In this document: positions 42,739 to 52,538 of the stretch, piece by piece | How the letters are laid out: each line of letters opens with the position of its first letter | How positions within the stretch are numbered: position 1 is the first letter of the stretch | NCBI GenBank assembly: GCA_949077035.1 | Contig: CARUPR010000002.1 | Span: 4,218-68,217, forward strand | DNA length: 64,000 nucleotides | Source: an uncultured Eubacteriales bacterium | GTDB taxonomy: Bacteria > Bacillota > Clostridia > Christensenellales > UBA1242 | Direction of reading: 5' to 3' | Translations under genes and position numbers: made by a program | The notes under the pieces: model-generated | Databases searched by the model: none | What the model saw: the letters and a program-made list of their open reading frames with translations, nothing else | What the model was told of the DNA's origin: nothing

Positions 42739-43089
42739 ATGGAAAGAGATGAAAAAATGGAAAAATTTTTATTGCTTACAGAGAGAAATAGGCGAGAGAT
42801 TCTTTCAGCTTTGCCACAGGAGCGAGAGATATCAAAACTTGCAGATTATTTTCAAAACTTTTCTGACCAAACAAGAATCAAGATTTTGACTTGTTTGTCT
42901 ATGATGAATATGTGCGTCAATGATATTTCAACAGTGCTTGGAATAAATCAGACCACCATTTCGCATCAATTAAAACAACTTAAGGACCAGAATTTGGTTG
43001 CCTATAAAAGAGAGGGAAAAATTCTTGTATATTATCTGCTTGACAACAGCGTCAATGATATGATGATGTATGCTATCAATTCTTTTTAA
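42739..43089 (+). CDS. ArsR/SmtB-family metalloregulator
   Basis: LADYFQNFSDQTRIKILTCLSMMNMCVNDISTVLGINQTTISHQLKQLKDQNLV forms the wHTH, with Cys residues in the alpha3 region. Confidence 0.85.
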   Translation: MERDEKMEKFLLLTERNRREILSALPQEREISKLADYFQNFSDQTRIKILTCLSMMNMCVNDISTVLGINQTTISHQLKQLKDQNLVAYKREGKILVYYLLDNSVNDMMMYAINSF

Positions 43090-43158
43090 TAAATTTTTCA
43101 TAGTGCTTTTATGTTGACATTTTTTTGTAAAAATGATATAAAAATCTAAGGAGAAATT

Positions 43159-43623
43159 ATGAAAAGAGTTATATTATCATTAAATGAAATGTCTTTTGAA
43201 TTGCCAAAGGGTTGGAGCATAACAAAGGACAAATACAAATTATCCAATGGTCAAGGTTTTTTAAATAAAGAAAACTATCTTTCAGAAAGCGGAAGGGTGA
43301 TTTCATTCTTTGAAATTCATCGCGACCCTGAAGAGTTTTTTGAATATTATCAAAAGCTGTTGAAGGATTATAGTCATGTATCGGATGATTTTACAAAGGA
43401 AAGACAGCTTACATTGCAGTTTAATGACTTTGAATTTCCTGCCTATATCATAAAAGGCATCAATGATAAAGTGATTTATACTTTGCAGGTTTTTATCGAT
43501 TGTGGCGACTGTTTGGGTTGCTTTATGGTTATGATTGAAAATTTTGCAACAAGCTTTAAGGAAATGATGAAAATTGATGAAGGTGTTAAAGCTGTTACTC
43601 AAATATTAAGGACGATTGAATAA
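43159..43623 (+). CDS. Hypothetical protein (154 aa)
   Basis: An ORF with a GGAG RBS. A TAATG stop/start junction couples it to queH. Confidence 0.55.
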   Translation: MKRVILSLNEMSFELPKGWSITKDKYKLSNGQGFLNKENYLSESGRVISFFEIHRDPEEFFEYYQKLLKDYSHVSDDFTKERQLTLQFNDFEFPAYIIKGINDKVIYTLQVFIDCGDCLGCFMVMIENFATSFKEMMKIDEGVKAVTQILRTIE

Positions 43624-44159
43624 TGAAAAGGATGCTTTTACATAGCTGTTGTGCCCCTTGCAGCACCGCTGTAATTGATGTGCTTAAAAATGATTATCAG
43701 TTGACAATATTTTATTATAATCCAAACATTGACACTGATGAGGAATATAAGCATAGGTTAAGCGAGCAAAAAAGATATTGCAAAGAGCTTGGCATTGATG
43801 TGATTGAAGAGGGGTATAATAGCCAGGACTTTTTAGACAGAGTGGTTGGTCTTGAAAATGAGCCAGAAGGGGGCGCAAGATGTCCTGTTTGTTTTAGGCT
43901 TAGACTTGCCAGGACTGCTCAAAGAGCAAAAAAAGATGGTTTTGACTGCTTTGGCACCACACTTTCTGTTTCGCCTCATAAAAATGCAGAAATGCTTAAT
44001 TCAATTGGGAAATCGGTGGAAGAGGATGAAGGCATTGAATTTATTGAAGGAAATTATAAAAAGAAAGACGGATATAAAAAGAGCATAGAATTTTCTAAAA
44101 AATTTGGATTGTATAGACAAAATTACTGTGGATGTAAATTTTCAAAAGAGGGGAGATAG
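43623..44159 (+). CDS. queH: Epoxyqueuosine reductase QueH (DUF208)
   Basis: Contains LLHSCCAPCS, GARCPVCFRLRL and YRQNYCGCKFS. Confidence 0.9.
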   Translation: MKRMLLHSCCAPCSTAVIDVLKNDYQLTIFYYNPNIDTDEEYKHRLSEQKRYCKELGIDVIEEGYNSQDFLDRVVGLENEPEGGARCPVCFRLRLARTAQRAKKDGFDCFGTTLSVSPHKNAEMLNSIGKSVEEDEGIEFIEGNYKKKDGYKKSIEFSKKFGLYRQNYCGCKFSKEGR

Positions 44160-44162
44160 GAC

Positions 44163-45026
44163 TTGGAAAAAACTATAAAATATAAATACTTTAAAAATGA
44201 ATATGAAGAAAGGGTATCAAATAAGTTGTTTAAACGATTTTTGATTGCTTTATTCATTTTCTATATATTGCTGATTGTGTGCTTTCAAACATTCTTTACA
44301 AATTTTACTTATGTGACAATTTTAGGGCAAAGTATGCAGCCTACCTTAAACAAAAATCCTGTGTTTGTTGATTTTCAAGATTATGAAACCAAACAATTTA
44401 TAAGTGATGGCGTTTATGTAAAATATACTCATGATGTTGATTATAATGATATTGTCATAATTGATAACAGAGGCATAAAGGACACTATCATCAAAAGAAC
44501 GCTTGGTCTTGCCGGTGATTATGTTTCAATTGCTAAGGTTGCAAATGAAATGGGTGGAAGTGAATATCGTTTTATGAGAAGAAAGAAAAATTCGGCGACT
44601 GTTGAAATTTTATATGAAAACTATATTCGTGATTATGAAGAGTGGAGTTTGGACCCAGAATTTGAAGCCGAAAATGGTGTTGTTTATGATAGAGAATTTT
44701 ATAAAACTTTTATGGTATACAATCAATATGAATATCAGACTTTTAAGGTAAGTCTTGATGGCGGCAAAACGCAATCTGATGTTATTTTCTTCAAAGTGCC
44801 AGAAAACCAAATCTATTATATGGGTGATAATAGAGCTCATTCAACCGACTCAAGAGATGACGGGACGATATCAACAGAAAAGATTGTTGGAAAGGTTGTT
44901 GAAATAGTCCCTCGCGGAACTAAATTTAAGGGAAATGGCACTTGGTGGTGGAATCGAGTTGTTGGCTTTATAAATGTTGTTTGGAAAGAAATATTAAGAT
45001 TTTTTGGGGCAAATGTAAGTCTATAA
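44163..45026 (+). CDS. lepB: Signal peptidase I
   Basis: An N-terminal TM segment, then GQSMQPTL (Ser box), IIKRTLGLAGD (Lys box) and YYMGDNRAHSTDSRD. TTG start. Confidence 0.85.
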   Translation: MEKTIKYKYFKNEYEERVSNKLFKRFLIALFIFYILLIVCFQTFFTNFTYVTILGQSMQPTLNKNPVFVDFQDYETKQFISDGVYVKYTHDVDYNDIVIIDNRGIKDTIIKRTLGLAGDYVSIAKVANEMGGSEYRFMRRKKNSATVEILYENYIRDYEEWSLDPEFEAENGVVYDREFYKTFMVYNQYEYQTFKVSLDGGKTQSDVIFFKVPENQIYYMGDNRAHSTDSRDDGTISTEKIVGKVVEIVPRGTKFKGNGTWWWNRVVGFINVVWKEILRFFGANVSL

Positions 45027-45111
45027 AAAATTTTCAAAATTGCTTGTAAATTTTTGAGAGTTATGGTATAATATAATCAATGGTATTAAAACCAAAAAAG
45101 GAGATTAATAG

Positions 45112-45390
45112 ATGAATAAACAACAATTTATTAAAGCTTTCGCTGAAAAAGCTCAGTTTACTCAAAAAGATGCAGGAATTGCTTTTGAGGCTATGGCAGA
45201 AACTATAGCTGACACCTTAAAAAAGGGTGAGAAGATTCAAATTGCTGGATTTGGCACCTTTTCAATGAAGACAAAATCAGCAAAAGAGGGTATCAATGCT
45301 CTCACAGGAAAGCCTGTTTCTATCCCAGAAAGAGATGTGCCAGTATTTAAATTTGGCGACAGCTTTAAAGAAACTGTTTCAAAAAATTAA
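45112..45390 (+). CDS. hup: DNA-binding protein HU
   Basis: MNKQQFIKAFAEK...IAGFGTFSMKTKSAKEGINALTGKPVSIPERDVPVFKFG. Confidence 0.95.
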   Translation: MNKQQFIKAFAEKAQFTQKDAGIAFEAMAETIADTLKKGEKIQIAGFGTFSMKTKSAKEGINALTGKPVSIPERDVPVFKFGDSFKETVSKN

Positions 45391-45396
45391 TAAATA

Positions 45397-45431
45397 AAAA
45401 AGACTATGGCTTAGCTTCATGGTCTTTTTTA
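45397..45431 (+). terminator. Intrinsic terminator after hup
   Basis: aaaaa AGACTATG gcttagct TCATGGTCT tttttt. Confidence 0.75.
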
Positions 45432-45523
45432 TCGCAATTTTATAAGCAATAATTTAAAAATTATTGTTTGAAATGATTTGTCAAAAAAGCATTTTCTTTT
45501 TCTTGCATTTTAAATTAAATATA

Positions 45524-46111
45524 TTAATTTTCTTCATCTTCAAGGCAAACATAACCTTGAGGGTAAGAACAAAGCGGGCAGGTTTGCCATGCTGATTTTC
45601 GGTTTTCGCTGTGACCGCAGTTTGAACAAGTCCAAATTTGACTTTTATCACTTTTATAAAGTTTTTCGCTATCAAATTTTTCTGCCAAAAACTTTAATTT
45701 CTTTGCGTCAGCTAAATTTACCTTTGAAATGTTTAAAAGCGTTTCTTCAATTTTCTCAAAACCTTCATCATGGGCTATCTTTGCAAAATGTGGAAAGATA
45801 ATTTTGCCTTCATTTTCTTCAATCTCGCTTGAAATTTGAAGACTGGTTTCAAGAAATTGTTGTTCAAAAGGATATCCCGCTTCAATATTGATATTTTCAC
45901 TATCTTCTTCTATATTTTCAAGCATAATTTGATATAAGACAGAGGCATGAGCCATTTTATGTTTTGCAATAGTCTTTAGTTCATCTGATATTGCATTAAA
46001 GCCCTCACTTACCGCTGTTTTTGCAATAAACTGATATCTTGCCCCATCTTGACATATTCCTGCAAATGCCCTTGCAAGATTTTCTTTTGTTACGCTTTGA
46101 TTAAAATTCAT
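45524..46111 (-). CDS. Rubrerythrin
   Basis: A ferritin-like N-terminal domain (ENLARAFAGICQDGARYQF, KMAHASVLY) is joined to a C-terminal rubredoxin-like CSNCG...CPLC. The start is set at ATG 46111 behind GGAGGC. Confidence 0.85.
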   Translation of the reverse strand: MNFNQSVTKENLARAFAGICQDGARYQFIAKTAVSEGFNAISDELKTIAKHKMAHASVLYQIMLENIEEDSENINIEAGYPFEQQFLETSLQISSEIEENEGKIIFPHFAKIAHDEGFEKIEETLLNISKVNLADAKKLKFLAEKFDSEKLYKSDKSQIWTCSNCGHSENRKSAWQTCPLCSYPQGYVCLEDEEN

Positions 46112-46271
46112 AATGCCTCCATCTAAGAAAAAATTGTTCATAGATTAGTTTGGCTTTTCTTTTTTAAATTATTCAAATAAATGGCTTTCAAATATTTGCT
46201 TTTTTTTTTAAGAAATAGTATTATAAATATATATTGCATGATTAAAATTGCATTGAAAGGTTAGGTGGCAT

Positions 46272-47000
46272 ATGGACAAAAAACTTGAGCAGCATAATAG
46301 TCAGAGTTATCACTATGAATTTGTAGGTTATACAGATTTTAAAAAGGTTATTAAAGATTTGACATTCTTTCTTCCTTATTATAGATTTGAAAAGATTACA
46401 AAAAGACATTCTCAAGAAATTTTTTATGATATAAAAAGTCATCTGCTTGCCGATGCAGGCATTGCCATCTCAAAGTGGACAGAGGATGGTGAATCATCAC
46501 TTAATATCAGAAAAATTTATAGCGTGAAAGAGCTTAATAAGCCAAGTGAAAAGTTTTTGTTTGGGATGTGCAGTTATGATGAACAACCAAAAGACTATTC
46601 ATATCAAATGGCAAGCATGATTGAAAGTTCGTTTAGAACGCCATTTTCAACCGATACAGAAAGCATTATCAAACAGACCGCACCAATAATAGAAGTGAAT
46701 ATTGTTGCCGATAAATATCAGATAATTTGCGGCACAGGTTATAGGGCAGCTATGCAATACGAAACTGTTGTCTATAAGGATTTAGGAAGTGGAAAAAAAG
46801 AAGAAAGGGTGGGTATGACTTTTAAATTTCCTATTGATGAACGACCTGAAAAAGATGAAATACTTTCAATTATAGACAGAAAAATTAAAGGCCTTGCCTT
46901 AAACAATATCTCAAGATTTGAAATTGCTAAAAAATTGTTGTTTGCAAAACCTGCAGAAAGTGCAGAAATCGCAGCGCCTCAACCTGAAGAGCAGGAATAG
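46272..47000 (+). CDS. Hypothetical protein, possibly with a CYTH-like domain
   Basis: HSQEIFYDIKSHLLADAGIAISKWTEDGESSLNIRK resembles the CYTH pattern Q-D-x-Y-x-D...L...R-x-R...K only weakly. The ORF has a good RBS. Confidence 0.35.
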   Translation: MDKKLEQHNSQSYHYEFVGYTDFKKVIKDLTFFLPYYRFEKITKRHSQEIFYDIKSHLLADAGIAISKWTEDGESSLNIRKIYSVKELNKPSEKFLFGMCSYDEQPKDYSYQMASMIESSFRTPFSTDTESIIKQTAPIIEVNIVADKYQIICGTGYRAAMQYETVVYKDLGSGKKEERVGMTFKFPIDERPEKDEILSIIDRKIKGLALNNISRFEIAKKLLFAKPAESAEIAAPQPEEQE

Positions 47001-47118
47001 AAATAATAGATAATTAATCAAAATTTAATAAAATTTGCTTATTTTTAATGATTTTTGTTAAATTATCATAATTTTTTAGGTTTATTTTAGTAAAAAAAGG
47101 AAACACATTGTCTGTGTA

Positions 47119-47610
47119 TTATAAAAAACACTTATTTAATTCATTGAAAGAATTAAAAAAAAGCATATCGTTTAATATGCTTTTTTTGCAGTGATTAAAG
47201 ACTGTTTTCTTCTTCCTCTTCAATCTTTTTTCAAATAAATCTTCTTTTTTAAGATTGTTTTGCTGTGTTAAATTAAGCACTGTATCTGTCATTTTTATGC
47301 TTGGGTTTTGCATTACAGCGGCAAGCACAATATCCTTATCATTTTTAAGTTTATCTGGTGCAAAAGGGAAATTTTTTACAGCTTCAAGCACAATTTCTTT
47401 GTCATGTTTAAGTTCTTTAGGTTCATTCTTTAGTTCATTATTATGTTCATTATTATAAATTTTTACAGCTGCACGCGCAACTTCTTCGTCAACTTTAATT
47501 TTATTTGATACATAATGAAGATTTTTTGCAACTTCAAGCAAAATTTCTTCGTCGATTTTAAGTTTCTCTTCATTATTATTTAAATTAGGTTTTTTTGCTT
47601 TATTTTTCAT
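47119..47610 (-). CDS. DUF4116-repeat protein; the 3' end may be a decayed remnant
   Basis: Repeats include EEILLEVAKNLHYVSNKIKVDEEVARAAV and DKEIVLEAVKNFPFAPDKLKNDKDIVLAAVMQNP. RBS is GAGGAGG. The ORF reads through a terminator hairpin at 47154-47187. Confidence 0.6.
   Translation of the reverse strand: MKNKAKKPNLNNNEEKLKIDEEILLEVAKNLHYVSNKIKVDEEVARAAVKIYNNEHNNELKNEPKELKHDKEIVLEAVKNFPFAPDKLKNDKDIVLAAVMQNPSIKMTDTVLNLTQQNNLKKEDLFEKRLKRKKKTVFNHCKKSILNDMLFFNSFNELNKCFL
47154..47187. terminator. Bidirectional intrinsic terminator lying inside the tail of the DUF4116 ORF
   Basis: aaaaaaaaa GCATAT cgttta ATATGC ttttttt. Confidence 0.7.
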
Positions 47611-47641
47611 AAATCCTCCTCAATATTAATTGTATAACTTA

Positions 47642-47668
47642 ATTATACTCGGGGGGGGGAATTGTCAA
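47642..47668 (-). promoter_or_regulatory. Consensus promoter whose spacer contains a C9 (G9 on the + strand) tract
   Basis: The reverse strand reads TTGACA (47663-47668), then att-CCCCCCCCC-gag as a 15-nt spacer (47648-47662), then TATAAT (47642-47647). It lies about 30 nt upstream of the DUF4116 start. Confidence 0.7.
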
Positions 47669-47783
47669 GCCCTTTTTTTAAAATTCATAAAAAATTTGAC
47701 TATTCTAAAAACAGAGCTTGTCACATAATTTTAATATATGAAAGCTTGTCTTTCTAAATATTTAAAATGGAGTATGGTCAAAA

Positions 47784-49229
47784 GTGGCCATTAAATGTGA
47801 ATTAGTGAAAAAAAATCTTAAAGGAACAACTAAATTTTTTTATGGTATAGGTGGGCTGGGTTATAGCTCTATGTCACAAACCCTAAATAGTTTTATCATG
47901 TTTTTTGCAACGGCTGTTATGGGCATTTCGGGGTCATTGGTGGGTATTGCAATTGCAATTTCTTCGCTATGGGATGGCGTCAGTGACCCTTTGATTGGTC
48001 ATCTTTCTGATAATACAAAAAACAAATTTTTTGGTAAGCGATTGGGTTTTATGTTTTTTGGTATTTTTGCCATAGCATTTTTAAATATTTGCATTTGGTC
48101 CATGCCGGCTGCACTGCCTGAAATGGGAAAGTTTTTTTGGCTTTTGATAGGTATGCTTGCCATTGAAAGTGCCAATACCTGTTTCGGAACACCCTATGCA
48201 GCATTGGCAATCGATATTGCGCCAGATTATAATGAGCAATCAAAATTGCAGGGGTTTAAAACTGTTTTTAATATCATAGGAATGATTTTGCCAAATATTT
48301 TAATGTATTTTTTCATGTCGTCAATTTCACTCAGCATACAGACAGGATTTACTCAACAAGGTTATATAAAAATTGCATATATTAATTCATTTTTGCTTAT
48401 AGGTCTTGGTCTTATCACAATATTTTCAACTTTAAAACATATAAGAAAAAACAAGATTTATAGTATAGAACAGCCTAAAGAGAAATTTGAATTTACAAAA
48501 TTGATGACAGGCTATTTCAGTGTGCTTAAGAAGAAGGATTTTAGGGCGGTTATATTAGGTTATTCTTTTGCAACAATTGCTTCATGCTTTTTGACATCTG
48601 TAGGTATGCATCTTTTCACATATTGTTATCATTTTTCAAGCACCCAAATTTCCTTTGTTTTGATTTCACTTTTTGGTGGTGCAATTGCATCACAACCGCT
48701 TTGGGTTTACCTTTCAAAAAGAATGGAAAAAAAGAGGGCTTTGATTATCTCCCTTTCAACCATAGTCTTAGGCATTTTTATGACTGTGATTACATTTTTG
48801 TTTCGTGATTATATTCCAAATGAGGCAATGTTTTATATTGCGATAATCTGCCTTATCTGTTGTGGAATAGGAGCAGGAGCAATGTATTCAATACCATTTT
48901 CTATGTATGCCGATGTGGTGACTTTAGAGCAGTTTAAAACAGGTCAAAACAATGCAGGCGCCTATACTGGTTATTTTACTTTTACCTATAATCTTGCCAA
49001 TTCATTTGCTCTATTAATTGTGGGATTTTTGCTTGATTTTATCAAGTTTGATTCAACTCAACCAATTCAAGCAATGTCTGTGCAAAGTGGTTTGGGCTTG
49101 ATTGTCTTCTTTGGTTGCACAATTTTCTTTTCCTTGGCAATTATGGTATTTTCAAAGTTTTCTGTCAAAAGGGCAGATGTTTTAAAAATTCAGATGAAAG
49201 AGATGAAAAAAACAAAAAATAATGATTAA
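47784..49229 (+). CDS. MFS transporter, glycoside-pentoside-hexuronide (GPH) symporter-like
   Basis: Has about 12 TM segments. YGIGGLGYSSMSQTL...LWDGVSDPLIGHLSDNT...FGKR is typical of the MelB/GPH family. The start codon is uncertain (GTG 47784). Confidence 0.75.
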   Translation: MAIKCELVKKNLKGTTKFFYGIGGLGYSSMSQTLNSFIMFFATAVMGISGSLVGIAIAISSLWDGVSDPLIGHLSDNTKNKFFGKRLGFMFFGIFAIAFLNICIWSMPAALPEMGKFFWLLIGMLAIESANTCFGTPYAALAIDIAPDYNEQSKLQGFKTVFNIIGMILPNILMYFFMSSISLSIQTGFTQQGYIKIAYINSFLLIGLGLITIFSTLKHIRKNKIYSIEQPKEKFEFTKLMTGYFSVLKKKDFRAVILGYSFATIASCFLTSVGMHLFTYCYHFSSTQISFVLISLFGGAIASQPLWVYLSKRMEKKRALIISLSTIVLGIFMTVITFLFRDYIPNEAMFYIAIICLICCGIGAGAMYSIPFSMYADVVTLEQFKTGQNNAGAYTGYFTFTYNLANSFALLIVGFLLDFIKFDSTQPIQAMSVQSGLGLIVFFGCTIFFSLAIMVFSKFSVKRADVLKIQMKEMKKTKNND

Positions 49230-49266
49230 AATATTTTTTCCTGCAAATTATAAGTTTGAGGTAAAA

Positions 49267-49788
49267 ATGAAATTTTTAAAATCTACTTTAACAATAATTC
49301 TTGTTCTTGTCTGTCTTTTTATGTGTGGCTGCAAAGATAAAAACTTGATTCAGCCGACAATGGAAAGAGATAATTACAATACAGGTGGAAATCTGACCTT
49401 TGTCTATGATGAAATTTCTCATCTTGCTATTTTTGGTGGCGAAGGCGAGGTTGTTCAATTTTATCAAGAAGATATTGCAAAAGGGTGGAAGGAAAAGGGA
49501 AATAGAATTGGATTTCAAATTTTTGTCCCTAAAGGTGTAAAAGATTATAAATCTGGTTGTGCTTATTGGAATGGCGAAAAGCTTAACCCAGATGACTATA
49601 TTACTTTGCAGGAAGGTCAGAATTTGGTTGCATCTTTTCAGCCTTTAGTTGATAAGAATAAAGATAAGTATGATTTAAAAATTGTTTGGGAAGATGGTAA
49701 AAATGAACAAATGTATAATATAGTCATAGCTTCTGGGACATTTTTTATGAATGAAGTTGATTTAAATGGAAGTTTAGAAGAAAATTAA
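49267..49788 (+). CDS. Lipoprotein (173-aa precursor)
   Basis: MKFLKSTLTIILVLVCLFMCGC ends in a lipobox-like MCG-C. The start is set at ATG 49267 behind GAGG. Confidence 0.65.
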   Translation: MKFLKSTLTIILVLVCLFMCGCKDKNLIQPTMERDNYNTGGNLTFVYDEISHLAIFGGEGEVVQFYQEDIAKGWKEKGNRIGFQIFVPKGVKDYKSGCAYWNGEKLNPDDYITLQEGQNLVASFQPLVDKNKDKYDLKIVWEDGKNEQMYNIVIASGTFFMNEVDLNGSLEEN

Positions 49789-49793
49789 AATAA

Positions 49794-49832
49794 TTAAAAA
49801 AATCTACGAAAACTTCGTAGATTTCTTTTTTG
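49794..49832. terminator. Bidirectional intrinsic terminator between the lipoprotein and collagen-like genes
   Basis: aaaaaaaa ATCTACGAA aact TTCGTAGAT ttctttttt. Confidence 0.8.
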
Positions 49833-49840
49833 TCTATGCT

Positions 49841-51487
<1,647 letters not shown>

Positions 51488-51602
51488 CTACTCTCATATT
51501 ATTCAAAACAATAGTGAAATGTTTATATAATATATAATTAAATAATTATGACAAAAATCTTAGAAAAAAATATAAAAAATAGCATAGCAGCTTATTTATA
51601 GC

Positions 51603-51633
51603 AAAAAAAATAACAGGAATTTATCCTGTTATT
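51603..51633 (-). terminator. Intrinsic terminator after tRNA-Glu
   Basis: The reverse strand reads ATAACAGGA taaat TCCTGTTAT tttttttt. Confidence 0.8.
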
Positions 51634-51634
51634 A

Positions 51635-51709
51635 TGGTAGCCTCAAGGGGAATCGAACCCCTGATTCCGCCGTGAAAGGGCGATGTCTTAACCGCTTGAC
51701 CATGAGGCC
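51635..51709 (-). tRNA. tRNA-Glu (anticodon UUC) with encoded CCA
   Basis: The reverse strand reads GGCCTCATGGTCAAGCGGTTAAGACATCGCCCTTTCACGGCGGAATCAGGGGTTCGATTCCCCTTGAGGCTACCA. It folds as a cloverleaf with anticodon loop CTTTCAC. Confidence 0.9.
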
Positions 51710-51808
51710 ATACCAAAATTTATTTTTAATACTTTTTAAGTATACTCAACTTAAACTATCTTGTCAAGGGTTTTTTATATATTTTTTAATAAAAATGTTA
51801 ATTTTTTT

Positions 51809-52522
51809 TCAAGTTCTTCTTGCTATTGCGGCTGCATATATACTTTTTGCTTTATTACATAGTTTTGCACAGGCTTCGATAGTCGCACCAGTTGTTATGA
51901 TATCATCAACAATCAAAATATTTTTATTTTTAACAATTGAATTGTCTAAAAGTATGATTGAATTTTCTAGATTTGTTTGTCTATCATTGTAATTTAAAAG
52001 CTTTTGATTTTTAGTTTGTGTAATTTTATATAAAACATCTTTTACAGGTTTTGAAGTCAGTTTGCTAAGCTCTTCAGCTATAACTTTTGCGGGATTATAA
52101 CCTCTTTTCTTAATGGTGTTTTTATGTGAAGGCACTGGAATTATGATATCAAATTCTATCTGCTTAATTTCAAGTTGTTGGGCGATAAAATTGGCAAAGC
52201 CTTTTGCAAGATATTTTGCACCATCACTTTTGAATTGTAAAATTGCCTTTCTTACAATGCCTTCATATCTAAATGGACAAATTGCTTTTATAAAATGACG
52301 TTTTGATTTTTTACAATGGTCGCAAACGACATTATCTTCTTTTATTTGCGTGTCACATATTTGACAACGATTGCCTTCATTGAATATATCTTGTTTTAAA
52401 CAATCTTTGCATATGAAATCTGAAGTAATGTCCCTGCCACAAAATATACACTTAAAGTTATCAGGAAAAAGTGTGTCAATTATTACATCTTTAATTTTTA
52501 TTAAATTTCTTTTAATATTCAT
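51809..52522 (-). CDS. comFC: ComFC/ComF-family phosphoribosyltransferase-like competence protein
   Basis: An N-terminal Cys-rich zinc finger (CIFCG...CKDC...CQIC...CDHC) precedes the PRT motif ILIVDDIITTGATI. The start could be ATG 52522 or ATG 52576. Confidence 0.8.
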   Translation of the reverse strand: MNIKRNLIKIKDVIIDTLFPDNFKCIFCGRDITSDFICKDCLKQDIFNEGNRCQICDTQIKEDNVVCDHCKKSKRHFIKAICPFRYEGIVRKAILQFKSDGAKYLAKGFANFIAQQLEIKQIEFDIIIPVPSHKNTIKKRGYNPAKVIAEELSKLTSKPVKDVLYKITQTKNQKLLNYNDRQTNLENSIILLDNSIVKNKNILIVDDIITTGATIEACAKLCNKAKSIYAAAIARRT

Positions 52523-52538
52523 CTGTTCCTTAATCGAA

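Noticed and set aside
46142-46271. Possible PerR/Fur-type box in the rubrerythrin upstream region (GTATTATAAATATA)
   Set aside because: This AT-rich near-palindrome is indistinguishable from background in this genome. I cannot support it without a genome-wide motif model.
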